Counted from the stretch's first letter, positions 30,301-38,443 are shown. The stretch: 64,000 nt of DNA from Candidatus Peribacteria bacterium (GCA_943355155.1 CALREJ010000001.1:2785-66784), one strand, 5' to 3'. Notes: generated from the letters alone by a model not told the origin. Numbers and translations are program-made.

Positions 30301-31364
30301 ATATCTATGCTGCAGCAGTAGACACTTCAATTTTCAGTTCGAATATCACAAAACTTCTCGCAGACGCGCAATATGAAGTGCGCTTGTCACCGGATACGTC
30401 TTCTAGTCCACGTTTCACTGCTGCTCATCCCGATATCCCGAAATCGTCAAATCATGTGTACGATGGCAGCAGAGATATTCGTGTTCGATTCGATCTCCTC
30501 CCCTTCGGACAGGATTTCCTCTATGTCCAAGCTATCTTCAACGGTAACGTAGTAGCATCCTCGCGCTCAGCATTATTCATCGACATTCCCTTCTCTACCT
30601 TCAACCAATCTATGCCCAGTGCCACCATCACGCTCCGCGCAGGACTGTCGAATGGTACGACGATAGAAATAGAGAGTGATGCGTTTGTGATTGCTCCAGA
30701 TGCACTTTTTGATAAAGATTTCAGTAAAGTTTTAGATAGTGCTCCTGCAGATAAAAGATCTGCAGTTTCCGGAGCTTTAAAAATGGATCTTAGCAATCTG
30801 CCCGCAAAAAATAATTTGCTGCTTACATTTTTAGAGAAAAAATATTTCAGTACAGGTGAATTGCAGTTTGATGTATATAACAATACTAAAGGTTTTGAAT
30901 TACAGAGTACGCAAGAACATGGTGGTGATCAGTGCAAAACCTGGTTGTATAATATCGTGAACGAAGAGACAAATGGAGATACTCTCTTACCTCCAAATGC
31001 TACCAAGAGCACATGGGATTTAGAGAACAATAATGAAATTTCAACAATTTCCTCTGGTATAAAAGGAGAATTTGAGACCAAGACAATCGATTGTGTGAGC
31101 GGAGATATTGTGCAGGTCGATTATAGTGGTAGACAACATACAATGGTTATTGGAAAAGTCGAGAACACGGGTATTTGGTTCTTTGATTCAAATTTTGGTG
31201 AATTGCAAGAATATGAGATGGATCCAAATGATTCGACTAAATTTTTACTTGATGTAAATGGTAATAAAAATCTACTACAAGATGATGAAACAGTGAGGTA
31301 TCACTTTATTTCCTACGATACGCTTAATAAAAATGCGCTGGAATTTTCAATTTACAGGCTATAA
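27357..31364 (+). CDS. Large exported protein (1335 aa) with a basic N-terminal LE.R.LLS motif, an Ala/Thr-rich coiled-coil region and a C-terminal papain-like (NlpC/P60 or CHAP type) Cys-His module
   Basis: N-terminus ...SSARKARRPFQNFPATAHVETLEKRALLSS. aa ~120-380 are A/T/K/E-rich and heptad-like. C-terminus: GGDQC(1193)KTWLYN ... GDIVQVDYSGRQH(1261)TMVIGKV..GIWFFDSN. Confidence 0.8.
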   Translation: MPPSSTPEHRNKDSNEKFVFLDYIPPFGSYEHIPEQTHSVWSKLSGLFSSARKARRPFQNFPATAHVETLEKRALLSSTTSPSLEIHTGEGELETHIHDLEKQMETLVRELAANDTALTAAHKAVDSGRNALSARQATLDHADGLVAADLLKVAPVLEAASKTVQAKKVSDAADLQVKLGTDRLALDTDVMKLARTAYTTAVAERTHKNPLFTAAVVAQCKADYTAASAVVTADTKAVSTFRATATAARAALTSAQKVEAKARTKYARDLTTLATDQKNQETAMLLRDGADTFLKTSLTQESELQDAAAKIESDITRSTRDLADAKAEYSALAERNALATSLSIVVQAELQAEAEKIAYPKMFVTSVQRSDFVEFTVRYRTPLPSTTFSVKRAANAQNEYFDGPSLDTPVRDGEWKFTMGRGIPRSEELTIRMVNGETGKVVEEVYGWFNKDSLSGGINTAQTSFDIDEEGMLSENPIAPSLSVIRVQGNAVLLAIASPFDQTNIYSDTGGLLSSVELSHKGGTTFTPVTIYLDAGNWNGDYKIHMQERPGGKEIDTVNLHWDRDSKRASLIDSADTYTGPENTDGTFDAKLALNSIPLTIEDPDIARIQSSNLYQATDSFAGPLRLYISAERFLTDFFYADSSPYVKYRADHIEATIDAYWDRIGHTYSRDAARDTIHKEKAAVEKQHMDMLHDRENGARELIQSAVNIFLKILRGESDNFPLQDLDKRVTWWNERGQIWWLNQVGVSSFNRTHLLNAAKIIFNNQWQYLLQVNNDVLQLRTYEDRQREAGLAKNAEGQWNAVSPQEPELIAPGIDRNALVRAARIDWVMRNSPDSRIVAMHGDQRDVFVLTLSNFLSQNPTADTQSSIIVAMNLVDERTTDLLKNGGVRISGPTHSDQKEAADAIANVPQRTLYNEALSWYDNTPDSLHGTLSLRTDTIVGKMMMGAARKLWMEPTAEKRWEIAFTLQRLTDIPAKKFMDIYAAAVDTSIFSSNITKLLADAQYEVRLSPDTSSSPRFTAAHPDIPKSSNHVYDGSRDIRVRFDLLPFGQDFLYVQAIFNGNVVASSRSALFIDIPFSTFNQSMPSATITLRAGLSNGTTIEIESDAFVIAPDALFDKDFSKVLDSAPADKRSAVSGALKMDLSNLPAKNNLLLTFLEKKYFSTGELQFDVYNNTKGFELQSTQEHGGDQCKTWLYNIVNEETNGDTLLPPNATKSTWDLENNNEISTISSGIKGEFETKTIDCVSGDIVQVDYSGRQHTMVIGKVENTGIWFFDSNFGELQEYEMDPNDSTKFLLDVNGNKNLLQDDETVRYHFISYDTLNKNALEFSIYRL

Positions 31365-32067
31365 CTATCTTTTTTTACTATTGTTAGTGGTAAGTATTTC
31401 GGCGTGTAATAGAGCTGTTTCTACTAACTCCCACAATAATTATAGCAATAAAAATTCTCAGGTGTGTGCTATTGTAGATAAAGCGAAATGTGATAAAAAC
31501 TTTTGTAAACCGGGATATAAAACCTTTGAAAATTGGGAGATTGCGAGTGCAAGTGGAGGTTATGATTTTCTTACCGGAGATTGTGATACTGCTTTGTTAC
31601 TGCCAACGGTTCCCTCTGATTGGGTATTTCGTATTTTGCCTGATTCAAATATCGAATTATCGCTTCCTCCTAATGCAAAAATAAATGCAAAATATCTTAA
31701 CTCAAATAAAAAAGGATTTTTTGAACAAGGCCCATTTTTTTCTTGGATGATCGAAAAAAGCGAATGGAATAAATCAACAGATGATTTTCTTGATGCTCAG
31801 TGTGCAGGTGCTACAACATTCGCTTTTTCAGAAGAAAAAGGAGATTATCAGGGGTCATATTCCGCAGTGGGTAAATTTGTTTCTGGCATTAAACAAATGA
31901 ACAATGGATTCGAGGTTGCGAAATTTCAACCAAAATGCGCAAATATGATGGAATTTTTGATCCGTTACAACAATGTGATTTATGTTTTTTCTTCTCTTGG
32001 GGAAAATAGCCATGAGAGTGAAGAGAGGTTTGAAAGAAGTATTTTGAATGCAAGAGTATTCAAATAG
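31333..32067 (+). CDS. Lipoprotein (244 aa), candidate immunity protein
   Basis: Its ATG lies 32 nt inside the 3' end of the preceding gene. The signal plus lipobox is LLLLVVSISAC. AT-rich like the upstream C-terminal module. Confidence 0.65.
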   Translation: MRWNFQFTGYNYLFLLLLVVSISACNRAVSTNSHNNYSNKNSQVCAIVDKAKCDKNFCKPGYKTFENWEIASASGGYDFLTGDCDTALLLPTVPSDWVFRILPDSNIELSLPPNAKINAKYLNSNKKGFFEQGPFFSWMIEKSEWNKSTDDFLDAQCAGATTFAFSEEKGDYQGSYSAVGKFVSGIKQMNNGFEVAKFQPKCANMMEFLIRYNNVIYVFSSLGENSHESEERFERSILNARVFK

Positions 32068-32159
32068 CCTTAGTTTTTGTATTCTTCTGCCAAAGAATCC
32101 AGAATCGTTGCTGCGCAAGAGATTGACATATTTAATTATTATATTAAAATATTTATAAT

Positions 32160-32975
32160 ATGTTGCTTGACGATATATTGGCTCAGGCTAATTTTGATCT
32201 AACCAGAGTAGAAACAAATGATTTAATGCAGGATCCGCGATATTGGATGTTAGGTGAAAATCAACATTGGTTTCGCATGCAACTACTCGAAGCCATTCCT
32301 GTCTGCGTTGCTGATGTATCAACACTTCGCATTCATTCTTCAGAACATCGTATACGAACAAGAATGGAACGTTTATTTTCTCGAGAAAATACTGATGATT
32401 CCTACATGCCAGGTAAGAATCATCAAGATGAAAAAGTGAGGAAAATTACTAGTGGGAATAATGGACTGCTTGTGTGGCCTGCACAAAGTGGTATTGAAAC
32501 GATGCCAGCAAAACTTCTTGAGCACTTGGAACACCAAAATGTTATTTTCCATAAGCTACGCAATGGTTTATGGCTAGTTATGAATGGTCAAAGGAAGGAT
32601 GTGCCAGATATAAAAAATGCGAAGGTCAACATCCGCGAGTTGAGCAATCAAATTCTGACCACACTTGAAAAACATGGAAAAGTTGTAGGTGATTTCCAAG
32701 CTGAAAATGCAACAAGGCTTTGTGTGTGCGTAAAACAAACGCATGGCTTACCCGATATGAGAGTAATTGCAAATTTAAATTATCAAAAATGGATAGAGCA
32801 TCAAGTTGCTCTTTATAGAATACAGCGAGATATTGCAAAAATCGTTTCTCCTGAAAAACTTCATTTTTTAATGGAGGGCGTAGATCAATCTCAATGGCAA
32901 GAAGCAGTTGATGCAATAAAAAAAACCCCCCCGAGCGATGTTGGATATGCTTCAGCCATTGACTTCAATTTCTGA
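32160..32975 (+). CDS. Hypothetical protein (271 aa), possibly the 5' fragment of a frameshifted gene
   Basis: ATG-started AT-rich ORF. An A8C7 homopolymer pair at 32918-32932 lies just before its stop, and the next frame opens there. Confidence 0.55.
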   Translation: MLLDDILAQANFDLTRVETNDLMQDPRYWMLGENQHWFRMQLLEAIPVCVADVSTLRIHSSEHRIRTRMERLFSRENTDDSYMPGKNHQDEKVRKITSGNNGLLVWPAQSGIETMPAKLLEHLEHQNVIFHKLRNGLWLVMNGQRKDVPDIKNAKVNIRELSNQILTTLEKHGKVVGDFQAENATRLCVCVKQTHGLPDMRVIANLNYQKWIEHQVALYRIQRDIAKIVSPEKLHFLMEGVDQSQWQEAVDAIKKTPPSDVGYASAIDFNF

Positions 32976-33195
32976 AGATACCTATAGGCCAAAGAAGACA
33001 GATGAAATTGAGCGGTTGTTTATAGAAAAGGATTATCATAAAGCCTTGCACGAACTTAGTCTTTTAGAAGGGGGGAATGTATTCATCCATGAACAATTAG
33101 CAAAGGGTCATACGTTTGAAGGAAGAATACATGGTTTAGCATCTAAAAAAGAAGATGCTGTATTGGATGAATGGATGATTCTAAGATATTTCTGA
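32938..33195 (+). CDS. Hypothetical ORF (85 aa), probable middle fragment of the same disrupted gene
   Basis: Frame +1 relative to the 32160 ORF and open from 32920 onward, inside the A-run. Confidence 0.35.
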   Translation: MLDMLQPLTSISEDTYRPKKTDEIERLFIEKDYHKALHELSLLEGGNVFIHEQLAKGHTFEGRIHGLASKKEDAVLDEWMILRYF

Positions 33196-33247
33196 AAGTG
33201 CTTTTACGACATTAATAGATACAGAGATTTCAAAACGGTTTGATCGC

Positions 33248-33481
33248 TTGCACCCTCAAATAATCAAGTTAATGAAAAAAAATTTGGGAATGAAGGATGT
33301 GGGTATTTTAATTCTTGGCGGTGCACATTTCAGTTCTGGATGGAATAAAAAAATACCAATTGAATGTAATGACAAGTTGATGGAAGATTATTTCAATAAA
33401 TCTAAAGAATTAAAAGACATGCGCCTCATTGTCGTAGACCCACACTGCTATGGTGGGATCGATAATAACATTGGTTCATGA
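33248..33481 (+). CDS. Hypothetical ORF (77 aa), probable 3' fragment of the same disrupted gene
   Basis: Frame is open from 33185 and overlaps the end of the previous fragment (stop at 33193-33195). It is again shifted +1. The listed start is TTG. Confidence 0.35.
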   Translation: MHPQIIKLMKKNLGMKDVGILILGGAHFSSGWNKKIPIECNDKLMEDYFNKSKELKDMRLIVVDPHCYGGIDNNIGS

Positions 33482-33618
33482 CTCGGTGTGAGAATGTTTT
33501 AACTATTTTAGGAACGTCATATTAAGCGAAAACATGTTCATCCTTCTATACATTTTTGTGCTGTAAAAAAATTCAGGATTAACACGTTGTTGCTATATCT
33601 ATCTGCTATCATCCCCCC

Positions 33619-35352
33619 ATGCTCACAAACCCCGAGATTGCGGCGGTGTTCGAGAGGATTGGGAAGATACTCGATTTGCGTGGGGAAAATGTGTTTCGGG
33701 TGCGGGCGTATCAACGCGCGGCGCAGGTGATCGAATCGCTTTCGGAAGAGTTGAAGTCGATTCATGAGCGGGGCGGGCGTGATGCGCTTTTGGAAATTCC
33801 GGGGATCGGGCAGGACTTGGCAGATAAGATCATTGAGATGCTTGCGACGGGTAAATTGAAATATATTGCAGAACTCCAGAAGACGATGCCGAAGGGGCTT
33901 TTTGACATCATGGAAATTTCGGGGATGGGACCGAAGAAAACGAAGATGTTGTGGGAAAAATACGATATCAAAAATATTGCGGAGCTCGAGAAATTGATGA
34001 AGTCGGGAAAACTTTTGAAGGTGAAGGGGTGGGGAGAGAAGTCTGTCGAGAATGTACTCACGGGAATCGCAGCAAAGCGTGCGCACAGTGGTCGGACATC
34101 ACTGCCTACTGGGCTCGCAGTTGCAGAAATGCTGAAGGAAGAATTACTCAAAACTGGGCTCTGTGACAAAATTGAAATCGCGGGAAGTGTGCGGCGGCGC
34201 AAAGATACGATCGGCGATCTCGATATTTTGGTTGCAAGTAAGAAACCAGAAAAGGTCATGAAAGCATTTTGCACGCAAAAAGACGTAGCGCAGATTTTGG
34301 CTCAGGGAGAGACGAAATCGAGTGTTCGACTCAAGAACGGATTGCAGGCCGATTTGCGTGTGCTCGACATCAATGTGTTTGGCGCAGCACTCCACTACTT
34401 CACCGGAAGCAAGGAGCACAATGTTCATATTCGCCAGCTCGGGATCAAACACGGACTCACCATTTCCGAGTATGGCGTCTACAAAGGAACTGCGGAGAAA
34501 AAGGGGAAATTGATGGCATCGAAAACAGAGGAAGATATTTACCGTGCAGTCGGACTCCCGTTCATCGAACCAGAACTTCGTGAAGACAAATGGGAAGTAG
34601 AAGCAGCTCAGAAAAAAATGCTCCCCGATCTCATCACGCTTTCAGATCTGCGAGGAGACCTCCATCTCCATAGTAATTTCAGTGATGGTGCCGCAACGAT
34701 GATCGAGATGGCTCAGGCTGCGAAAAATGCCGGTCTTGAATATATCGCAATCACCGATCACGGCTCTCCGATGGGCATGGTGTACGGCATCAAAGAAAAA
34801 AATATCAAAGAGTATTTGAAAAAAATTGACGAAGCACGGAAGGCAGTTCCGGGCATTCACATCCTCGCCGGAACGGAAGTTGATATTCTCGAAGATGGCA
34901 GCTTGTATCTATCAGACAAAATCCTCAAACAACTTGATTGGGTCGTGGCTTCCATTCATGGACATTTCAAGATGACCCATGCTGCGATGACGAAGAGAAT
35001 TATCCGCGCAATCGAACATCCGCTCGTGAATGTCATCGCACATCCAACAGCACGACTCCTCCTCAAACGCGATCCGATCGAATACGACATGGAAGCGGTA
35101 CTGAAGGCAGCATCAAAAAATAACGTCGCGATGGAGATCAACGCATCTATCGAACGTTTGGATCTAAATGATCTTCATGCGAAGCGGGCCAAAGAACTGG
35201 GCATCATGCTCACGATCGACAGCGACGCCCACCACCCCCGCGACCTGAGTTACCGCTTTGGGATTACTCAGGCACGGAGGGGATGGATCGAGAAGGGAGA
35301 TGTGCTCAATACGAAGTCGTGGAAGGAGTTTGAAAAGTGGAGGAACGCATAG
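33619..35352 (+). CDS. Family X DNA polymerase with C-terminal PHP phosphoesterase domain (PolX)
   Basis: HhH-rich N-terminus (NPEIAAVFERIGKILDLRGENVFRVRAYQRAA), a pol-beta-like nucleotidyltransferase (GSVRRRKDTIGDLDILV) and a PHP domain (GDLHLHSNFSDG...ITDH). Confidence 0.9.
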   Translation: MLTNPEIAAVFERIGKILDLRGENVFRVRAYQRAAQVIESLSEELKSIHERGGRDALLEIPGIGQDLADKIIEMLATGKLKYIAELQKTMPKGLFDIMEISGMGPKKTKMLWEKYDIKNIAELEKLMKSGKLLKVKGWGEKSVENVLTGIAAKRAHSGRTSLPTGLAVAEMLKEELLKTGLCDKIEIAGSVRRRKDTIGDLDILVASKKPEKVMKAFCTQKDVAQILAQGETKSSVRLKNGLQADLRVLDINVFGAALHYFTGSKEHNVHIRQLGIKHGLTISEYGVYKGTAEKKGKLMASKTEEDIYRAVGLPFIEPELREDKWEVEAAQKKMLPDLITLSDLRGDLHLHSNFSDGAATMIEMAQAAKNAGLEYIAITDHGSPMGMVYGIKEKNIKEYLKKIDEARKAVPGIHILAGTEVDILEDGSLYLSDKILKQLDWVVASIHGHFKMTHAAMTKRIIRAIEHPLVNVIAHPTARLLLKRDPIEYDMEAVLKAASKNNVAMEINASIERLDLNDLHAKRAKELGIMLTIDSDAHHPRDLSYRFGITQARRGWIEKGDVLNTKSWKEFEKWRNA

Positions 35353-35358
35353 GGAAAA

Positions 35359-36150
35359 TCATGGACGCAGCCACTCTTCTTTTGTTCCGGCGTGTTCAGC
35401 AAAGAGGTAGATGTGCAACAGGATTTGCCAAAAATCTTGACCGATCTTTTTCAGAAACGGTCTTACACGTGGCACATACTCGAATATTTGTTGCTTGCAT
35501 TCCTCTCCGCCGGATCGGTCCGGTATGCCGGTTCCAAAACGTCCGTGGTCGAAGCCGAGTGTACAAACGTCGATGAGTGCTGACTCGAGAGAAGATCCGA
35601 ATTCCTGAATCAATTCTTTGATGAATGCGCATTGATCAACATCGAATGGCTCGATGACGCCCGCATATTTTTTCTTTCTCTTTGTGCAGATTTCTTTGAT
35701 TTGTTTGCCAGAGCCTCCATCCGCTGTGTCGTATGTTTGTACCCACGCCGCGTCGATGGCCACCTCCTCCGCTTCATTTTGTATCCCAACAAGAAACACA
35801 TACGCCTCGTGCTCCGGCTTCCCCGTCCACTCTTTTGGTTTGGGCCAGTAGGAGCATGGAAAATCTGCCGGCTTCCCGGCGGCAGCTTCCAGCTTGGCAT
35901 GGAGATCGGAAAAAATATAAAAGACCGTTGATTTTTCAATATCCTCCGGATGCTCGCCCTCAAAGAGCGCTCGAATATCTTTATAATGATCAAACTGCAA
36001 TTCCACAATTTTTTGGCGCAACTGTGTTCGAGTGAATTGCTGAAGAATGTGTGCATTTCGTCTGATCAGATGATCGATAACTTCGCGTTCCGGTTTTTCT
36101 ACATCTGTCAGATCTATTGTTTCGCCGTCGATGGTTTGGTAGAAATTCAT
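35359..36150 (-). CDS. Hypothetical protein (263 aa)
   Basis: ATG-started ORF convergent with polX (6-nt gap). No motif recognised. Confidence 0.6.
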   Translation of the reverse strand: MNFYQTIDGETIDLTDVEKPEREVIDHLIRRNAHILQQFTRTQLRQKIVELQFDHYKDIRALFEGEHPEDIEKSTVFYIFSDLHAKLEAAAGKPADFPCSYWPKPKEWTGKPEHEAYVFLVGIQNEAEEVAIDAAWVQTYDTADGGSGKQIKEICTKRKKKYAGVIEPFDVDQCAFIKELIQEFGSSLESALIDVCTLGFDHGRFGTGIPDRSGGEECKQQIFEYVPRVRPFLKKIGQDFWQILLHIYLFAEHAGTKEEWLRP

Positions 36151-36660
36151 GGTGATAGGGGGAAGGAATCCCTCCTATCGGGCAGCTATTTTCGTATCTG
36201 TCCCGATTGGGGCATGGATGGGGCACTGGATCCCCGCATCGAGCTTGCTCTGGTGCGTGGGGAGTTGCCGGATGAGTCTTTGAGCCATGGCTCTCGTCAT
36301 CACTCGTGATACGGCCGGTGAGAGATAGGGGGATTATGGGAACATAGGAATGGGGGGGGGGAAAGAAATGAAGAGACGTCACAGAACCGCCCTTCCCATC
36401 AGAAGAGCGTAAGGTACGTACTATCTCTCCCCGAATGGGGCTGGAGTTCCCACCCATTCAATTCGCTTCGCTCGCTCATGGCGAGCCGATGCCAATCAGG
36501 GTTGGGGGACGTTTCATCGGGCCAGTACCCTCGACGTCTCTCTTGATAGGCGGTGATGTGAAACTATTAAAGCAGAATAACGGCGAAATGCAATTTTAAA
36601 CCTCTGAATTGCATGGCCGTTAATTGGGTGGAAGAAGATAGGAATTAGGAATAGCATTCA
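36151..36660. ncRNA. Candidate structured non-coding RNA or leader region (family and strand unassigned)
   Basis: 510-nt divergent intergenic region, GC-rich relative to its flanks. Many nested complementary segments: 36154-36179, 36179-36205, 36320-28/36421-29, 36336-42/36393-99, 36433-39/36453-59, 36470-75/36481-86, 36486-91/36515-20, 36373-80/36533-40 and 36579-36621. G10 run at 36352-36361. The only long ORF here (35990-36457, minus) is not protein-like. Confidence 0.35.
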
Positions 36661-36667
36661 TCCCTTT

Positions 36668-38326
36668 ATGTCTGAACAGATTGAGCATAACTGTGGCGTG
36701 GTATTGGTTGCACGCTATCGTGATGATGAAGGAGATGAAAAAGATTGGAGTCAGAATTTTCACTGTGTTGAAATTGCGGCAAAAATTGCCAGACACTTGC
36801 AACATCGAGGTGAATTGGGCGCGGGAGTATCATGGCTTTCAAAGTCGAAAGTATCTGGGGAACGTTTTCATTCGGTCAAAAAAAATGGGCGTGTGAGTCA
36901 TGTGATTAGAAATTATGCAGCGCAGTTTGCACAAGTACTGTCAGAGCTTGTCTTGGCTCATACGCGTTATGCGACCAGTGGCCCGGCAGATGAAGCTATG
37001 CTGCAACCCAGACATCATAAAGATAAAAGACATCGCAAAGAATTCATCTTTGGTTTTAATGGAAATGAACCGGATTACAGTAAACAACGCGCTGCTCTGA
37101 AAAATAGAGGGCTCCGTCCGACACTCCCCGGTGATACGGAAATTATCGGTCTCACCCTAGTAGATGCTTTTCGGCAAAAGGGAAGGAGAGGGCTCATGGA
37201 AATATGTAAAGAATTGGGAGTATTTGAAGGTTCTTTCAATCTTGTTCTTGCAACCGGTGATGGCAGAGCGGCAGCGCTTCGTGATCCGTATGGGCGACAC
37301 CCTTTGGTGTATGCCAAGCACGGTCCTTTTGTGATTGTTGCTTCTGAAGATAGTGCGATTCGCAGGGCGATACCTTCTATTGAAAACATTCAGGATATTC
37401 CACCCGGCTATATAATTGATATTGAGAGAGAAAAGAATCGATGTGAACTTGCGCGATGCTTGGATGAAGAAGGAATGGTAGACCCAAGAAGTTGTTTTTT
37501 TGAAAGAGTCTATTTTGCCAATGTTGACTCTACATTTGATGGGTTTTCAGTTGCGGACACTCGCTATAAAACAGGCGAGTATCTTGCACTGAATGATGCA
37601 GATATGGAGGAGCCATCAGATATGGTTGTTGCGGTGCCGGCTTCTGCTGAACTAGCCGCAATCGGGTACGCGGATTTTTCAGGGATCCCTTTTGTGCCCG
37701 CTATTCAAAAAAATCATGGAGTGGGCAGAACATTCACTTCTCCAAAAAACAGGGAACAAAAAGCACTCGCAAAATACAGAATTGATGGCGACAAAATTGC
37801 AGGAAAATCGATTACACTCGTAGACGATAGTCTGGTTCGAGGGACAACGATGCGCGTCCTTATCAAAATGCTTCGTCAAAAAGGAGCAAGAAAAATACAT
37901 CTGCGTTTGGCATCGCCGCCAATTCTTGCGCCATGTTTTTACGGCATTGATTTCCCAACAGTTAGTGAATTACTGGTCCGAAAATATTCCGATGGTTCTT
38001 TACAAGAAGGCGGGGTGCTGCCACCGGAAGTTCTGGCGGCTATCGCAAAAGACTTGGGAGTCGACTCCATAAAATATCTTCCATTTTCTCAGCTTGCTGA
38101 CGTGATGGGCAAACCTCTTAAACAGCTTTGTACGTCTTGCGTTGATGGAGAGTATGCAACAGAAGGTGTTCAACAGTTATACGAAATTGAAAATTTAAAC
38201 ACTTCTCAAAAGAAAGATCACAAACAAATGCACGCATGTCCATCATCAGTTTCTTCCCGAAAACCATGTACTGAGCAGCGACACCCCCATCACAATAAAA
38301 AACGTCGCAACAAGATACGCCAGTAA
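36668..38326 (+). CDS. purF: Amidophosphoribosyltransferase (glutamine PRPP amidotransferase)
   Basis: N-terminal propeptide then the catalytic Cys (NCGVVLV). PRPP loop ITLVDDSLVRGTTM. Cys-rich C-terminus with CFYGIDFP. The last ~35 aa are an unusual basic tail antisense to the next gene. Confidence 0.9.
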   Translation: MSEQIEHNCGVVLVARYRDDEGDEKDWSQNFHCVEIAAKIARHLQHRGELGAGVSWLSKSKVSGERFHSVKKNGRVSHVIRNYAAQFAQVLSELVLAHTRYATSGPADEAMLQPRHHKDKRHRKEFIFGFNGNEPDYSKQRAALKNRGLRPTLPGDTEIIGLTLVDAFRQKGRRGLMEICKELGVFEGSFNLVLATGDGRAAALRDPYGRHPLVYAKHGPFVIVASEDSAIRRAIPSIENIQDIPPGYIIDIEREKNRCELARCLDEEGMVDPRSCFFERVYFANVDSTFDGFSVADTRYKTGEYLALNDADMEEPSDMVVAVPASAELAAIGYADFSGIPFVPAIQKNHGVGRTFTSPKNREQKALAKYRIDGDKIAGKSITLVDDSLVRGTTMRVLIKMLRQKGARKIHLRLASPPILAPCFYGIDFPTVSELLVRKYSDGSLQEGGVLPPEVLAAIAKDLGVDSIKYLPFSQLADVMGKPLKQLCTSCVDGEYATEGVQQLYEIENLNTSQKKDHKQMHACPSSVSSRKPCTEQRHPHHNKKRRNKIRQ

Positions 38327-38443
38327 ATCCGGAGCGATCAGAATCGCGAGGCCGAAGGCTAAACTGAGAACCCCTGCGGACAGGAACATAGAACCAAAAG
38401 GGGATTTATTTCCGTAGGGCGATGGTGAGCGGAAGAGGAACAT
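38246..38443 (-). CDS. Small two-TM membrane protein (65 aa)
   Basis: Two hydrophobic helices (FLSAGVLSLAFGLAILIAPDLLAYLVATFFIVMGVSLL). Overlaps the purF 3' end by 81 nt in convergent orientation. Confidence 0.5.
   Translation of the reverse strand: MFLFRSPSPYGNKSPFGSMFLSAGVLSLAFGLAILIAPDLLAYLVATFFIVMGVSLLSTWFSGRN

Noticed and set aside
35990-36457. 155-aa minus-strand ORF in the structured spacer
   Set aside because: It has Pro/Arg/Ser/His-rich composition, overlaps the start of the 263-aa gene and coincides with the G10/C10 tract and the helices. It is most likely non-coding.
36151-36560. Assignment of the structured spacer to RNase P RNA, tmRNA, SRP RNA or a purine/ZTP/PRPP riboswitch
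   Set aside because: The universally conserved GGAAAGUCC...ACAGAA.CC spacing of RNase P is missing: the ACAGAACC-like segment sits mid-region rather than near the 3' end. There is no tRNA-like GGUUCGA...CCACCA end for tmRNA. There is no GGUCCGGAAGGAAGCAGC for SRP. There are no riboswitch core motifs. The region is left unassigned.
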